The notes: generated by a model not told the origin, from the letters alone. 64,000 bases of DNA from the human T2T-CHM13v2.0 reference genome, Homo sapiens (GCF_009914755.1 NC_060930.1), one strand, 5' to 3'. Counted from the first letter of the stretch, positions 15,414 to 28,219 are shown. Translations and numbers: made by a program.

Positions 15414-15900
15414 TGTTAGAAATAAAACTCGGAGTCTTAAAGAAAAGTGAGCAAACAAAGGATTTTTTAGCAAAGCAAATTTACTTCGGTGCAGAAGGGT
15501 GCTTCTCGTAGGGCTGATTGCCACGAGAGCACACCGAACAAAGGAGAGTAGAAGCTTTTATTCCTAAGATGACTCCTGCCCCTGTGTCCTTTCCCCATCG
15601 GCTGGAGTCAGACTGCACAATCTAAACTAGACTCGATTGGCTAAATATTTAAACTTTCTTAGATAAGGTGGGCTTATGATGGGAGAGAGGGAAGAGGAGG
15701 AAGGGGTCATCTACAGAGGACTAGAGCGCCCGCCAGTCCATTCCCAAATAAGGAAATAAATGTGAGCTGGGGCTGTGGCATGCCTGGGCATATAGTAAAA
15801 TCAGAAAGAAGAAAAGGAGAAGAAAGAGGGGTGGTAATTTAGAATTAGAGAATAAGAAGATGAGCAGGCTGTTTGAAGAGAAATCTTGCCATATCTCACA
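15414..15900 (-). mobile_element. ERV1 solo LTR (MER61/MER83/MER84 group)
   Basis: TG...CA termini with TSD TAAAT at 15409-15413 and 15901-15905; CCAAT box and AATAAA on the minus strand. Confidence 0.8.
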
Positions 15901-17225
15901 TAAATATACATATGAGAAAGACAATTCATACATATATGAATAGGTATGTGAATAACTAGGAAGACCTGGAAGATACTGGTGGTTTGTGTGGGTTGGAAGA
16001 ACCTACCACAAGACAGAGTGACAGAAGTGAGAAGGTAGAATATCACGATCTAAGAATAGAATTTGAGATCCAATAGTCCAATGATGATAACTATGCCGCT
16101 AAGTTTTTGAAGTAGAAAAAATTTATCTTTTATTTGATATTTTAGCCAATTCAAAAACTTATTATCCAATGCCAGGCTAAGCCTTCATTCCTCATTGGCA
16201 ATGCCTTGATATCTTTTGTGGACGTGGTTCACTTAAGGACTTGAGAACTGTGGATGTCACAATGGGTTTGTTTGTGTGCATTCAGTAACTGGATTCTACC
16301 ATCTGGCCTGCCAAGTTGGTCTCCAGGGCATTTTTCCTTACCCCAGTCATTGATAACACCCTTACTCACCTTAATCAAGATATAGGAAGCATTGTGCTAA
16401 ATCCAAACTCCCAAGTTTCTCTCAGTTGGCACTGTGATTCAGTCACTCACATCCTTTATCTACTTGCATAGTTCCTACTGTTTTCATGCTAATCAAGGCC
16501 CTCAAAAGGTCTAACCTTGACAATTACAAAATGTTTCTTTTGTTTACACAAATTATACATGCTCATTAAAAAATGTGCTTATTACTAATTAAATATATAT
16601 CCATTTAAGCTTTTTCCACATAAACAAATATATATACTGGAATTATTGGCCATTTATATTAGGCTCTATTTTCATTCAGCCATATAATACTAAATTTTAC
16701 CAAGTCAACAAATCCACATCTACGGCATTGGTTTGAAAGGCTAAATATTTATTTTCTTGTTAGTGAAAATTTGGGTTGTTCATAATTTTTAATTTTTGAA
16801 AAGGTACTTCGGTGACTGTCATTGCAATTAAATCTTTGTGCATGTTTTTAATTATGTGTGAGAAATACCCAGAAATGAATTTTCTGAGTTAGAGTATATG
16901 CATATTTTTGTCTTCTAACTCATTCTTCCACCTCCATGGGTATCCTTTACCCCTGAATACATTTTACATTCTTATGGCAAAATTACCTCTCCAAAAGTGA
17001 GGGATGGACTTTAATTCAGTCTACTTTCCCATTCAGAAACTGCCAGTGTTTCCCACTGGACACAGGTACAGATAAAATCTAGACATCCTGACATGGCATT
17101 TGTGTCCTTCCAGGATCTGGCCTCAAGCTCCTTTTCATTTACGTCTCCCATATTCAGCTCACTTTATGCTCAACCATTCTGGACTTCATGTCATGGCATC
17201 CCCTTAGCTTGTTGAATTCCTACTT

Positions 17226-17680
17226 TATTGGTCCAGGTCCTGGCAGGAAGCATGCAACAGGCTTAAACTGGATTATTGGATGAATGTTTAACAAAGTGAA
17301 TGTGGACAAAGGTGAAAGCAGAGTTTAGGAAACCCAACAAGGCATAGTGCAGTGCCTCTGGGCAAACAACACTGAAGAGCCCTTATCATGCATGGGCCTG
17401 CAGGAGCAAGAGGAGAAAGCAGTAGCTGTGACCTGGCAAGACCAACTCTATAGAGAAGGCCACCAGAGAGGAACTGTGACCTTCACAGCAAACCCTTGGC
17501 ACTCAGGCAGGAAGGAGGCCGAGGGACTAAATATTCCAAACCCATTCTCCATCCATCCTTCAATCTCATGCTGGAAATTGCCCAGGCCCAACTGGAAACC
17601 AGTGGCACCAGAGCCCATGGGTGCCAGGTGGGAAAAATGGAGAGTGGATCTGATGAGACAAATGAAGGATGTCCAGCATA
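17226..17680 (-). mobile_element. Old ERVL-type LTR (LTR33-like)
   Basis: Similarity to recalled consensus GGTCCCAGCAGGAAAC...GGAAACCACAAGG...GTGCAGTACC. Confidence 0.45.
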
Positions 17681-19896
17681 CCTGCTTATTCCTATATACC
17701 AGTCTTCAAGTGCTTCGGTGCCCCTCTTACAGCATTTAACATAGCCTCGATTACATTTTGTTGTGCAATATCTTACCTCCTCAACTAGATTAATAACTAC
17801 TCAAAGAGAGATGTGATCTTTTTCACATGTGTGATCAGGTGCTCAGGAAATATTTGAAATGTAAAAGTATCCCCCAAAGAGACTCCTTCAAGAAACGTGA
17901 TTCAGGGACAATCGGTCCACCAGAGAGGCTAGAAAGGATGACATGTCTGGACAAGGGCTCCTTGGTGGGAGGGATATGAGATACCAAGGCAGTGATATAG
18001 AACCCTTTTGTAAACCCATGCAACAGTCGAAGTCTACAGAGTGAGGGAGCTACCTAGGCCCACCTTCAGTTTGTGCAGCACACAGGAGAGACTGAGAGGA
18101 GAGCCATAGCTGTGTCTTTGAAGCTGGTATCTGCTAGTAAAACAACACCTTAGAGGAAATATGGCCCACTTGGAAATCCTAACTCCACAGAACAAAATTT
18201 TACAAGCTTCCTGATGGATTGACACACACTTCTAGTTTGGGCTGATCAGCAGCAATGCTGGAATCCTAGATCCAACACATGCTTTTTCTCCAGGCTCTTC
18301 CCACGGGTGGTCCAAGATGTCATCTCAGGTTCTACTCTTTGACTAGGAGGCCCTGTGAAAGCTCCAGCAAAATGGATATAGATAGAAGGGAATGAATAAT
18401 CCAGAAGCCCAGATGGAACCCAATTCTCACCCTCCTAGTCCCAGATGCAGGGAACTCTAGAACTTGCCTGAGGTATGAGCTTTGGTAGTAGCGCCATCAG
18501 GCACCAAGTTTTATCAGCTGTCATCCTCATAACACTCAACAAGAAATACAGAGACCTGCTTTGAGTATGCTTAAGCCCTCTGAGCCTCAGTTTCTTTCTT
18601 TTCTTTTTTTTTCAAGAAAGAAGTAAGGAAAGAAAAGAATGGCTACTCCATAGGCAGAGCAGCTGAGACTGTTTCTTTGCCTGCAAATTATCTGTATTTC
18701 AGGCTTGGTGTTAGGATTGATGAGATAATATCCATAAAATACTTAGAACAATGCCTGATGCACGAAGGCATCTAACAAATATTCCATTTCCTTCCTGCCA
18801 TTCCCATTGTCCAAGTCACCATTCCGTCCCTTTACTGTATTGCCTCTTTCATACATATTGAAGTTGAAACTGGGTTATTTCCCAGGGACAGAAGTCTTAA
18901 CTTCATTAACTTTTGCATGTAAGTTTGACTTCCACCTCAAGAGGCAATATGTAGCACAGTAGATAAGAACATGGATATTGCAACCAAACTACCAGAACTG
19001 TCCCACAGCTAGCTTTGTAAACTTAAGGAAGTAACTTGATTACTACGTGCCTTTGTTTTTGCTTCTGTAAAGTAGGCATAATAAGTGTAACTGCCCCACA
19101 GAAATAAATTTGTTAATGTGTTTTAAAGTACTTAGAACAAAGACTATACAGGTTTGTTATTATTATCATCCTCTTTAGAATTGGAAGGAGGTAGGAGAGA
19201 ATCAAGTCTCAGTGTCCCAAACATGAGTCAGCAGCTCATGGATGGCAGTGCTGCCCAGACCACACCCACTCAACCCTGAACCCTGAACACTGAACCCTGA
19301 ACTGAACCCTTAACATGCAGTTGCTGTGCATCTATTCTGTATGTTGAACTTAGCTGGGGTGGGGGAGGTGGTAAGAGATGAATGAAAACACAGTAGCAGT
19401 GTTACTTTAAATAAATAATTTAATGTCAATGGCTCTCAATATTCTCACCTGTTAAATGAGTTTTGGATTCATTATTTCCAGAGTTTCTTCCTGATCTAAA
19501 AATGACTTTGATTCTATGGAAAAAAGGTCTCATGGAAGTCACCTTATCCAGAAACTTTAGTCCCAGTGCTTGAGCCAATGGGACCAAAGATCAATGACTG
19601 GCCCATCGATATTTCCCCAGGTGGCCTCTGTGACCTGTTGCAGGATAGGTGAGAGACTGTTGAATGTAGACTTTTGACCTTCATTCAGTCACAAAGGCAC
19701 ACTAAGAGCACTGAGAAACATATATCATACAAACTGAATATCACATTAGCAGACCCTACTACTTGTAGTTAACAAATAATTAATATTTTCATAAGATCAA
19801 GATTCATTTTGGCCTTATTTTTATATAGCCCTGTGTATTATGTCAAAATTTTATTTTTTTATTCAAAACATACTACAATATTTTGCACCTTTTTTG

Positions 19897-20103
19897 TCTC
19901 TTCTTCTTCTTCTTCTTCTCCTTCTCCTTCTCCTTCTTCTTCTCCTTCTCCTTCTCCTTCTCCTTCTCCTTCTTCTTCTTCCTCTTCCTCTTCCTCTTCC
20001 TCTTCTTCTTCTTTTTCTTCTTCTTCTTCTTCTTCTTCTTCTTCTTCTTCTTCTTCTTCTTCTTCTTCTTCTTCTTCTTCTTCTTCTTCTTCTTCTTTCT
20101 TTT
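19897..20103. repeat. Polypyrimidine microsatellite (CTTCTC)n(CTTCCT)n(TTC)27
   Basis: About 207 nt with no purine; uninterrupted TTC from 20015 to 20095. Confidence 0.97.
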
Positions 20104-21719
20104 AGTATAGTGGAAGTAGCTCACTCTTGACTTGTGGAAAATCCTGGGGAAATCCTGGGGGCCTCTCCCTTTGGTTGCCTCACTCTCTGGCCAGTTCATG
20201 GCTTGTCAAGAAATTAGATGTCAGACACGTGTTATTATGGGAAGGAAACCTGTGAGAGGGTGTAAGAGAAGGTGAGGCCCCAGACGCATGCAACTTTTTA
20301 CCATCGTCCCTTATTACAAGCTCTTTGAGGGTAAGACCTCTGTTTCTGTACCCTTGCATCAACACATACTAGTTACCCATCAAGTATTTGTTCAATGAAA
20401 TCAAGCTGAACCAGAACTGTTACAAATCTCAGAAAGGGTGATGAGACACTGAGCTCTTTGAGGGTGGGGAAGGGGTCTCATATGCATCTTTCTGGCTTGT
20501 GATAGTTACACATTAAACTCTACTCCCTTTTACATGGTTGACAGCTACTCCTTATAACCACATTCTTCTCCTCTTGGCTTCTGTAAGACTCAGTTCTCCT
20601 GGTTTCCCTCCTACCTCTCAGTGGTGCTTCTTAATAACCTTTGCTAATTATTCTTTGCTGCCAGATCTAAGGGCCTCAGAGCTTGGGTCTCCTCTCTGCA
20701 TTTGCTATCCTTAGATTATCTTATATACTCTTACATCTTTAAATGTCACCTATGTGCTGATAACTCCAGAATATGTATCTTTAGCCCAAAGTCACAGAAC
20801 TCTGGATTCCTACTTGATATTTGGGTGTCTCATAGGTATCTCAAACTTAACACATTGAAACAGAACGCTTCATTTATACTGTCCTTCCCTTACCCAAACC
20901 TGGCCCTACCCTAGTCACCTCCTACCACGAATGTGAGCACCTTCCACCAGGTTCGTCAAGCCAGAAACCTGAGGATCATCCTTGATGCCCTCTTTCCCCC
21001 CAGTACTCATGTCTAATCCATTGGCAACTTCCATCAATGTTCCCTCCTAAAAAACTTTTAATTTCACTCACTTCTTTCATCTCTATGGCCACAGTTCACC
21101 AAGTCACCATCCTTTCTTGTCTGGACTTCCACGGTAGCCTCCTCAGCAATCTTCCTGCTTTCAATCTTGTCTCCTTTTGCTCCATTTTCCACATAATAGT
21201 CAAAGTAGTCTTTTAAGAAAATAAAAGTTGCACATTCTTCTTCGTTGTTTAAGTGCTTCCAATGTCTACTCGTTGTACTTGGAATACAATCCAAACTCCT
21301 TACCATGTCCTAGTAGACCGGGAATGATCTCATCTTCTACTTGCCCCACACTGCATAAACCAGCTGCATCCTCCTCTTCTTCATTCTTCACCTAAGCCAA
21401 GCTCCTCCCCTCCCTCTACCTAGGTCATCTTCCTAGCTCTTCAGATGCCTGATTTCTTCTGCTCTGCCAGGTCTCCCCTCAGACCCTCAAATGTCATCCC
21501 CTAAGTTGCCCATACTCCTTTCCTGGTGTTCTCTGCTATTGTATGTTGTTTGTTCATTGTACTCGTACAGGTTGTGAGTCTACTTGTGTACGTTTATTTG
21601 TTTTCTTGTTTATTCTTATCTAGACCAAAAGCTCAAGGACGACAGGAACAATGGGTATCTTGATCTTCACAGGGCCCAGTACAGTGGTGCTTGACAGATA
21701 TAAGGCATTCACTAAATAC

Positions 21720-22040
21720 ATATGGGAAGAAAGGCAGGGAGAGAAATGGATGGAGAATGAGGGAGGTGGGAAAGATAGTAAGAGAGAGAGAGTGAGAGAG
21801 AGGAACTCCCTTCAGAGAAAGGGAAAAAGAAAAGGAAGGAGAGAGGGAAAAGGCAGGGAAAATGTAGAAAGAGAGGAAGAAGAAATAAGGTCTTTTTGAC
21901 CAGCATCATCATCAATATGGTAGATTTTCGCTTAGAGCAAGGGGTAAAAAGAGGAAGCAAAAAGAAAGCACCTAGGAATTTTTATTTGGTTCTCCTTCTC
22001 CTTCTCCTTCTCCTTCTCCTCCTCCTCCTCCTCCTTCTCC
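21720..22040. repeat. Low-complexity GA-rich tract followed by a (CTCCTT)n/(CTC)n tract
   Basis: Seen directly. Confidence 0.85.
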
Positions 22041-22566
22041 TCCTTCTTCTTCTTCTTTTTGTAAAAGCATCTACCCTGTGCCAAGTGTTTTCTAAATTAT
22101 TTTAGCTAGTCATATTTAATAGCACTATAAAAAAAAGATGTTAAAATTTCATGTTATTGGTGAGAAAAAAAAAAAAGAAAAGAAAAAAGCCTCTCTAAAG
22201 TTAAGGAACTTGCCCAAGACCTGACAGCTGCTTCTGAATGTGAGGAGCCCACACTGTCCCCACTCCCCCACAGGTCTCACATCTCTTATGGTTATGTGGT
22301 CTGTAAGCAGCCTACCTCCGTCACAGTATTATGTGGGCAGACAATCATTCACAGCTTTTTAAATTTTATTTTACTTTTATTTTTTGCATTAAATACTATT
22401 TGAAAGAACCTGTTAAGGGCCAACACATTTGGACTAAAAAAGATGGCTGGAACTGCTGAAGAGTTAGGGTGTGAAGCAGACTGGCAATCCCACCCCACCA
22501 GACACCTAGGGAAGCTGAAGTTGACTGGCTGGCTTTCATGCAGAAGGAGGAGTCAGTTTCCATGGC

Positions 22567-22635
22567 ATGGACACAACACTCCGGATGGTTAGGACTGCCT
22601 GTCAGCACAGAGCTCCTCAAATTTCACACAAGACA
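22567..22635 (+). other. ANKRD66: ANKRD66 exon 1 (5'UTR, or optional N-terminus MDTTLRMVRTACQHRAPQISHKT)
   Basis: Donor ACA|GTAAGT at 22636; 23 codons in frame with the downstream exons, giving a 251-aa ORF. Confidence 0.72.
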
Positions 22636-22924
22636 GTAAGTGTTTTTAAGTTACCCTCTCTTATTTACTATAGTTATTAAAAATCACTCACATTTATTAA
22701 AACTGATATTTATTGACTACTTTGCACTTGATTTCCTATCTTTATGGTAGATGTGCCTCTACCAGAAAGATAGGAAATCAAGTGCATTTAATCAAATTCA
22801 CAAGGATTGGTTACTAAAGGAACCAATTGATAAATTTCAGTAGTCAATGCCAAGCTAGTGAGTTGTATATATTTTCTGCAAACAAATTGTGTTTGTTTTT
22901 GTTTTGTAGAAAGCTTCTAATTAA

Positions 22925-23940
22925 TAGTTTTTTGTAAAGCAGCTTTGTTAAAATACAATTCACATACCATAAAACTGGATTCATTTAAAATGTAGAATTC
23001 AGTGGTTTTGGGCCTTTTGGAGTTGTGAAAGCATCTAATCTAATTTAAGAACATTTCATCACCCCAAAAAGAAATCCTGTACTTATCAGCAGTCACTCCC
23101 CACCCCAACCTCCATCGCAGCCCTAGGCTGCCTATAGTCTACATTCTAGCTATCTAGATTTGCTTATTCTGGGCATTCCACATACATGGAGGTATGCAAT
23201 ATGTGGTCTTCTGTAACTGGCTTCTTTCACTTAGCATGTTTCAAGGTTCATCCATAAAGTATGTATCAGTACTTCATTCCTTTTTATTGCCAAATAAGAA
23301 TGCTTTATATGGATATTCCACATTTTGTGTATCTATTCATCTATTGATGAACCTTTGGGATGTTTCCACTTTTGCCTCTTATAAATAATGCTTCTAAGAA
23401 CATACATGTACAAATGTTTATATGGATATATGTTTTTCTTCTCTTGGGTATATAGCTCATTGGAATACTCAGACTTTCCCATTTCAAAACTTACTACAAA
23501 CCTGCAGTAATCAGGACTGTGTAGTACTAGCATAAAGATAGATATTTAGAGCAACGGAGTAGATCTGAAAGTCTAGAAAAAACCCTTATATTTATGTTCA
23601 ATTGTTTTGTGGCAATTGTTGTCAAGTATAAAAATTAACTCAAAACGGATCACAGACCTAAAAGTAAGTCTTAAAACTATAAAACTCTTAGAGGAAAACA
23701 CAGGAATACATCTTTGTGAGGGAGAGGACCAACTTCATTCTTTTAGCTGTAGATATCCAGTTGTCTCAGCATCATTTATTGAAAAGACTATTATGTTGTC
23801 ACTGAATTTTCCTGGCATACTTATTGGAATCAGGAAGTGTGAGTCCTCTAACTTTGCTCTCTTTCAAGATTGTTTTCTTCTGGGTCCCTTGCATTTCCAT
23901 ATGATTTTTTAGAATCGGCTTTTCCATTTCTCTGGAAATA
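22925..23940. mobile_element. Rearranged old L1M fragments (minus / plus / minus)
   Basis: L1 3'UTR-like minus segment to ~23460, plus-strand ORF2-like segment ~23465-23720, minus segment after. Confidence 0.7.
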
Positions 23941-24623
23941 AATTTTGCTGCCTAATGCTTCCACTTGAATTGCAACTCACCCATGGAAAGTTATGGAATC
24001 TTGGCATGAACTCAAATGTGGGACAAATGGGGTTAGTTGAAATGTACACCTGCTTAAAGGCCTCTATGAAAGGCAAGCGAAAAACTTCTAGATACTGATT
24101 TAAAAAATGGTTTTATTTTAGTGGCACCCTCAGATTAGAAACACTCTAGCATTTTTGTTTACTATTCTATCATTGATCAAACACTCCAGTGTAAGGGATT
24201 TCTATTAAAATGAATTTTGAAAGTAAAATGCAGTCTGTGCCATCTTCTCTTTTACCTAACATAGTATGTACAGAGCATCTACTTCACAAAACATGCCCAA
24301 TCCTTGTCCTGCACACCCAAAGATTCTGATTCCTTTTGGACTGAGGCCCAGGCATCTGTATTTTTGAAAATCCACTGCTGATTCTCATGTATCCCCTCAG
24401 TTGAGAACAGCTGCCACATCCTTACTCCCTCCTCAGCTCTCCAATTTTGCTTCCAGCCAGTCTATACCTTACTTTTCAGCCACAAAGATATTGCTACTCA
24501 GAGTGTGGTAAGTGAGCTAGTACCGTTGTGAGAACTTGTTACAATGCAGAATCTCAGGCCAGGTTCCAGACCTACTAAATCAGAATCTGCATTTTAACAA
24601 GGTCTCTAATGATTTGCCTATAT

Positions 24624-25288
24624 CAGAGGCTAGCACACTATGGTCTACAGGCCAAATCTGGCTCACCCCACTTTCGTAGGCCCGTGGTCACCATTTAAGG
24701 TGTTGAACCTCCATGGGATAGCACAGTGAGACTCCCAGAGCAAGCCCAGGCAATGCCCTCTGCCCCTGCTGGCCCCTCAGCAGCCCACAGCTGTGCCTGG
24801 CCACTGCCCAGGCCCTGCTGGTCACCACCTACACAATGGAGACTCTGCTGGTGGCAACTGCTGGGACTGAGCAGTGGAATCTCAGTATGGGAGTTGGTGG
24901 CTCCATGAGCCTCCATGTCTCCTGCCAACTAACTGGAGATGACCCCTCTAGGAGGAGAGAAAGTTCACTGGGATCTGAGCATCACTAGGGCAGAGTGAAA
25001 CTGACCATCTCACCGACCAGGCCCTTCCCCCTCAGGCTTGTCCTCGTTCGCCTAAGAATATCTCCACCTGAGGGCTCCAGGGTACAAAGAGGGTAGAAAG
25101 ATCCACCCCAGGCAAGGGGGGCAGGGTGGAGCAGGAGTTTTCTTTCCTACATATATGTAATAGACTCTTGGCATAATTTTTTTTTCTCTTTTATTCCCCC
25201 CCCCCCCCCCCCCCCGCTTTTTTCTTTTCCTCTTGGCATAAAAATATTTACTATCTGGTTCTTTACAGAAAAAGTTTATTGACTCTTG
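24624..25288 (+). mobile_element. MER58 termini (24624-24686 and ~25236-25288) split by foreign sequence, nested in MER5-family sequence
   Basis: CACTATGGTCTACAGGCCAAATCTGG left end; AAAATATTTACTATCTGG...TTTACAGAAAAAGTTT right end. Confidence 0.75.
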
Positions 25289-25540
25289 GTTTACACATTA
25301 GGAACTACTTCCCCTTTGCAGCATGTGACTCTGGACACATACATGCTGTCTTTCAGCTGGGGATACTCCACCTCCATCAGTCGCCAATATGTCTCTGACC
25401 CATCGCATCAGGACCCAGCTTAGGCCACTTTTAGAGAAAGCTCTTTTACTTTCCGGTCTTTGTGAATGGTTCTTTCTCTCTGTCCTCTGGGCATTTAGGG
25501 CATTGCATTTTAATTACGTTTACTTTTCTTTCTCTCCCTC

Positions 25541-25700
25541 CAGGGCTGTTCTCACATTTCAATGCACTCACCTGGAGGGCTTACCACAACAAAGATGGCC
25601 GGACCCCTGCCCAGAGTTTCAGATTCTGTAAGTCTGGGGCTGAGCACAATAATTTGCATTTCTAACAAGTTCCCAGGGGCTGCTGCTGCTGCTGGTCACA
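25541..25700 (+). mobile_element. MER5A (hAT-Charlie)
   Basis: TCACCTGGAGGGCTT...CCCAGAGTTTCAGATTCTGTAAGTCTGGGG...AATTTGCATTTCTAACAAGTTCCCAGG. Confidence 0.85.
25544..25627 (+). other. ANKRD66: ANKRD66 exon 2 (84 nt, MER5A-derived; GCSHISMHSPGGLTTTKMAGPLPRVSDS)
   Basis: Long pyrimidine tract plus CAG acceptor at 25541-25543; donor TCT|GTAAGT at 25628; phase 0-0, open in frame. Confidence 0.75.
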
Positions 25701-25831
25701 GTTAGTGAAGTTGACTCCAGCTCCTTCTTATGATCCCAACTTAAATCTTGAGATCAGAGACATTCCCAATGGCCCCATCTCAAGTGGCACTCTCTCCACT
25801 CTTGTTTTCTAGCTCAGCTCCTTCTTTACGT

Positions 25832-27011
25832 CAGCAGCTCTCAACCTTTTCGTTCTCAGAGCTTCTTTCTACTCTTAAAAATTATTGAGAGCCCCAGAGA
25901 GCTTTTGTTTATGTGGTTATGGTTGTCAATTTATTCTATTGGAAATTAAAACTGAGAAAACTTTTAAATATTGATTAGTTCATTTAAAAAACTGTAATAA
26001 ACTTATTACACTATAATATAAATGACATTTTATGAAAATAAATATATTTTCCAAAACAAGTGTGACTAGTCACATAGGTTTACTCTCCCCTGCCCAATCT
26101 CTTTAATATCTGACTTAATAGAAGACAGCTGGATTCTTGTATCTGCTTCTGCATTCAGTTTGTTGTTTTGGTTAAAGTATATAAAGACAATCTGGTTATA
26201 CACACACACATACACACAAGTATATGTAATATATATACATATATGTGCATGAGATATATATACATACACATATACATACACACATATGTATATATAATAT
26301 ATAATTATATATTATATACACATATACACATGTATATTATATATACGTGTGTGTACATATAATATACACATATATATTATATATATAAAGTTGGAAAAGG
26401 GAGGAATATTTTCAGATAATTGTGGATATTGTTTGATACTACAACAATATTGTGTAAGTTGTAGTGTCTTAAAGATTAGTTGCAATGTGCAGTCTGAAAT
26501 GATATCAATGCACTTTCTATATGGTTTTATTAAAATCCATTGGTCTACCAAATGGATCTCTTTATCCATGCATGATTTTGTAACATTCTATCTTTGCCAT
26601 GGAAAATATTGGTCTTTAGGGTGATAAATATTTTCTAAACATGCACACATTTCATTGTACAATATTCTAATAACACATTCATTAAGTCATGTAATCAAAG
26701 ATAAAGATTTAATAAAAATAATTCTTATTGTTTCATTTAGGATGTTCCTATGTAACTGGCTTTTTAAAATTTACTCTGAGTGTGTGGTGAATGGCATGAT
26801 TCCAGGTCCAGTTTGGTGTCATTGCCTTGCTTCATGCTAAGGTACCAGCAGTTTTCTACACTATTGCTTTTGAGCCATCAGAACAATTGTCAACACAGTG
26901 TAAAAAGGCCAATAACATTTTAATATAATGAAAACAGCTTTGACTTCACAGATCCCCTGAAAGTGCTCCAGGGATTTCTGAAGGTCTATAGACTATAGTT
27001 TGAGAACTGCT
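25832..27011. mobile_element. Charlie1a-like hAT element with an internal (TA/CA)n low-complexity block at ~26197-26388
   Basis: CTCTTAAAAATTATTGAG...GAGCTTTTGTTTATGTGG left end; TTTGAGAACTGCT right end. Confidence 0.7.
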
Positions 27012-27554
27012 AGTTTATGGCATAACATTAATAACAATTTTCACATATTTATTTGTGTGATTGTGTGTCCATCTCAACGGGTGTAACAACACTAATACTA
27101 TTTAATTTTCATGGAGTACCTGCTCTGTATCCAATATAATTTTTTTTTGCAAATTGACATTTATCCTTACAACAACCCTGGCAGATTACATCCATTCTAT
27201 AGATAAGAAAGATAAGGCACAGAATTACATGCAATTCTAGCTTACTTACTAACTTACTTACTTACTAACGTAAGGGAACACTACTAGAACTCTGAAGTAG
27301 GAGTAGGAAATAGCACTGGAGGATGGTTTGAGGCCAGGTAGCCCGTGAGTTTAGACATAATTCTGTGTGCAGTGGGAGCCACCAATAGTTTTAGGGTAGG
27401 TGACAGGCAGGCACTAACCACAGGAGCTAAGGTCTAAGGACACACTCATGCCACACACATGAGGCAAACTGAGAGGCAAATGCATGCGGCAGGAAAGGAA
27501 ATAAATGATACAGAAGTCTATGGGATTACTCGCTAGGAATAAAGAGTTACATAG

Positions 27555-27779
<225 letters not shown>

Positions 27780-27811
27780 TAGATCTGCCCTTTTGAGTCC
27801 ACCATTCATGA

Positions 27812-28219
<408 letters not shown>

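Noticed and set aside
19809-20199. Poly-Ser, Leu, Phe and Lys ORFs
   Set aside because: Translations of the (TTC)n microsatellite
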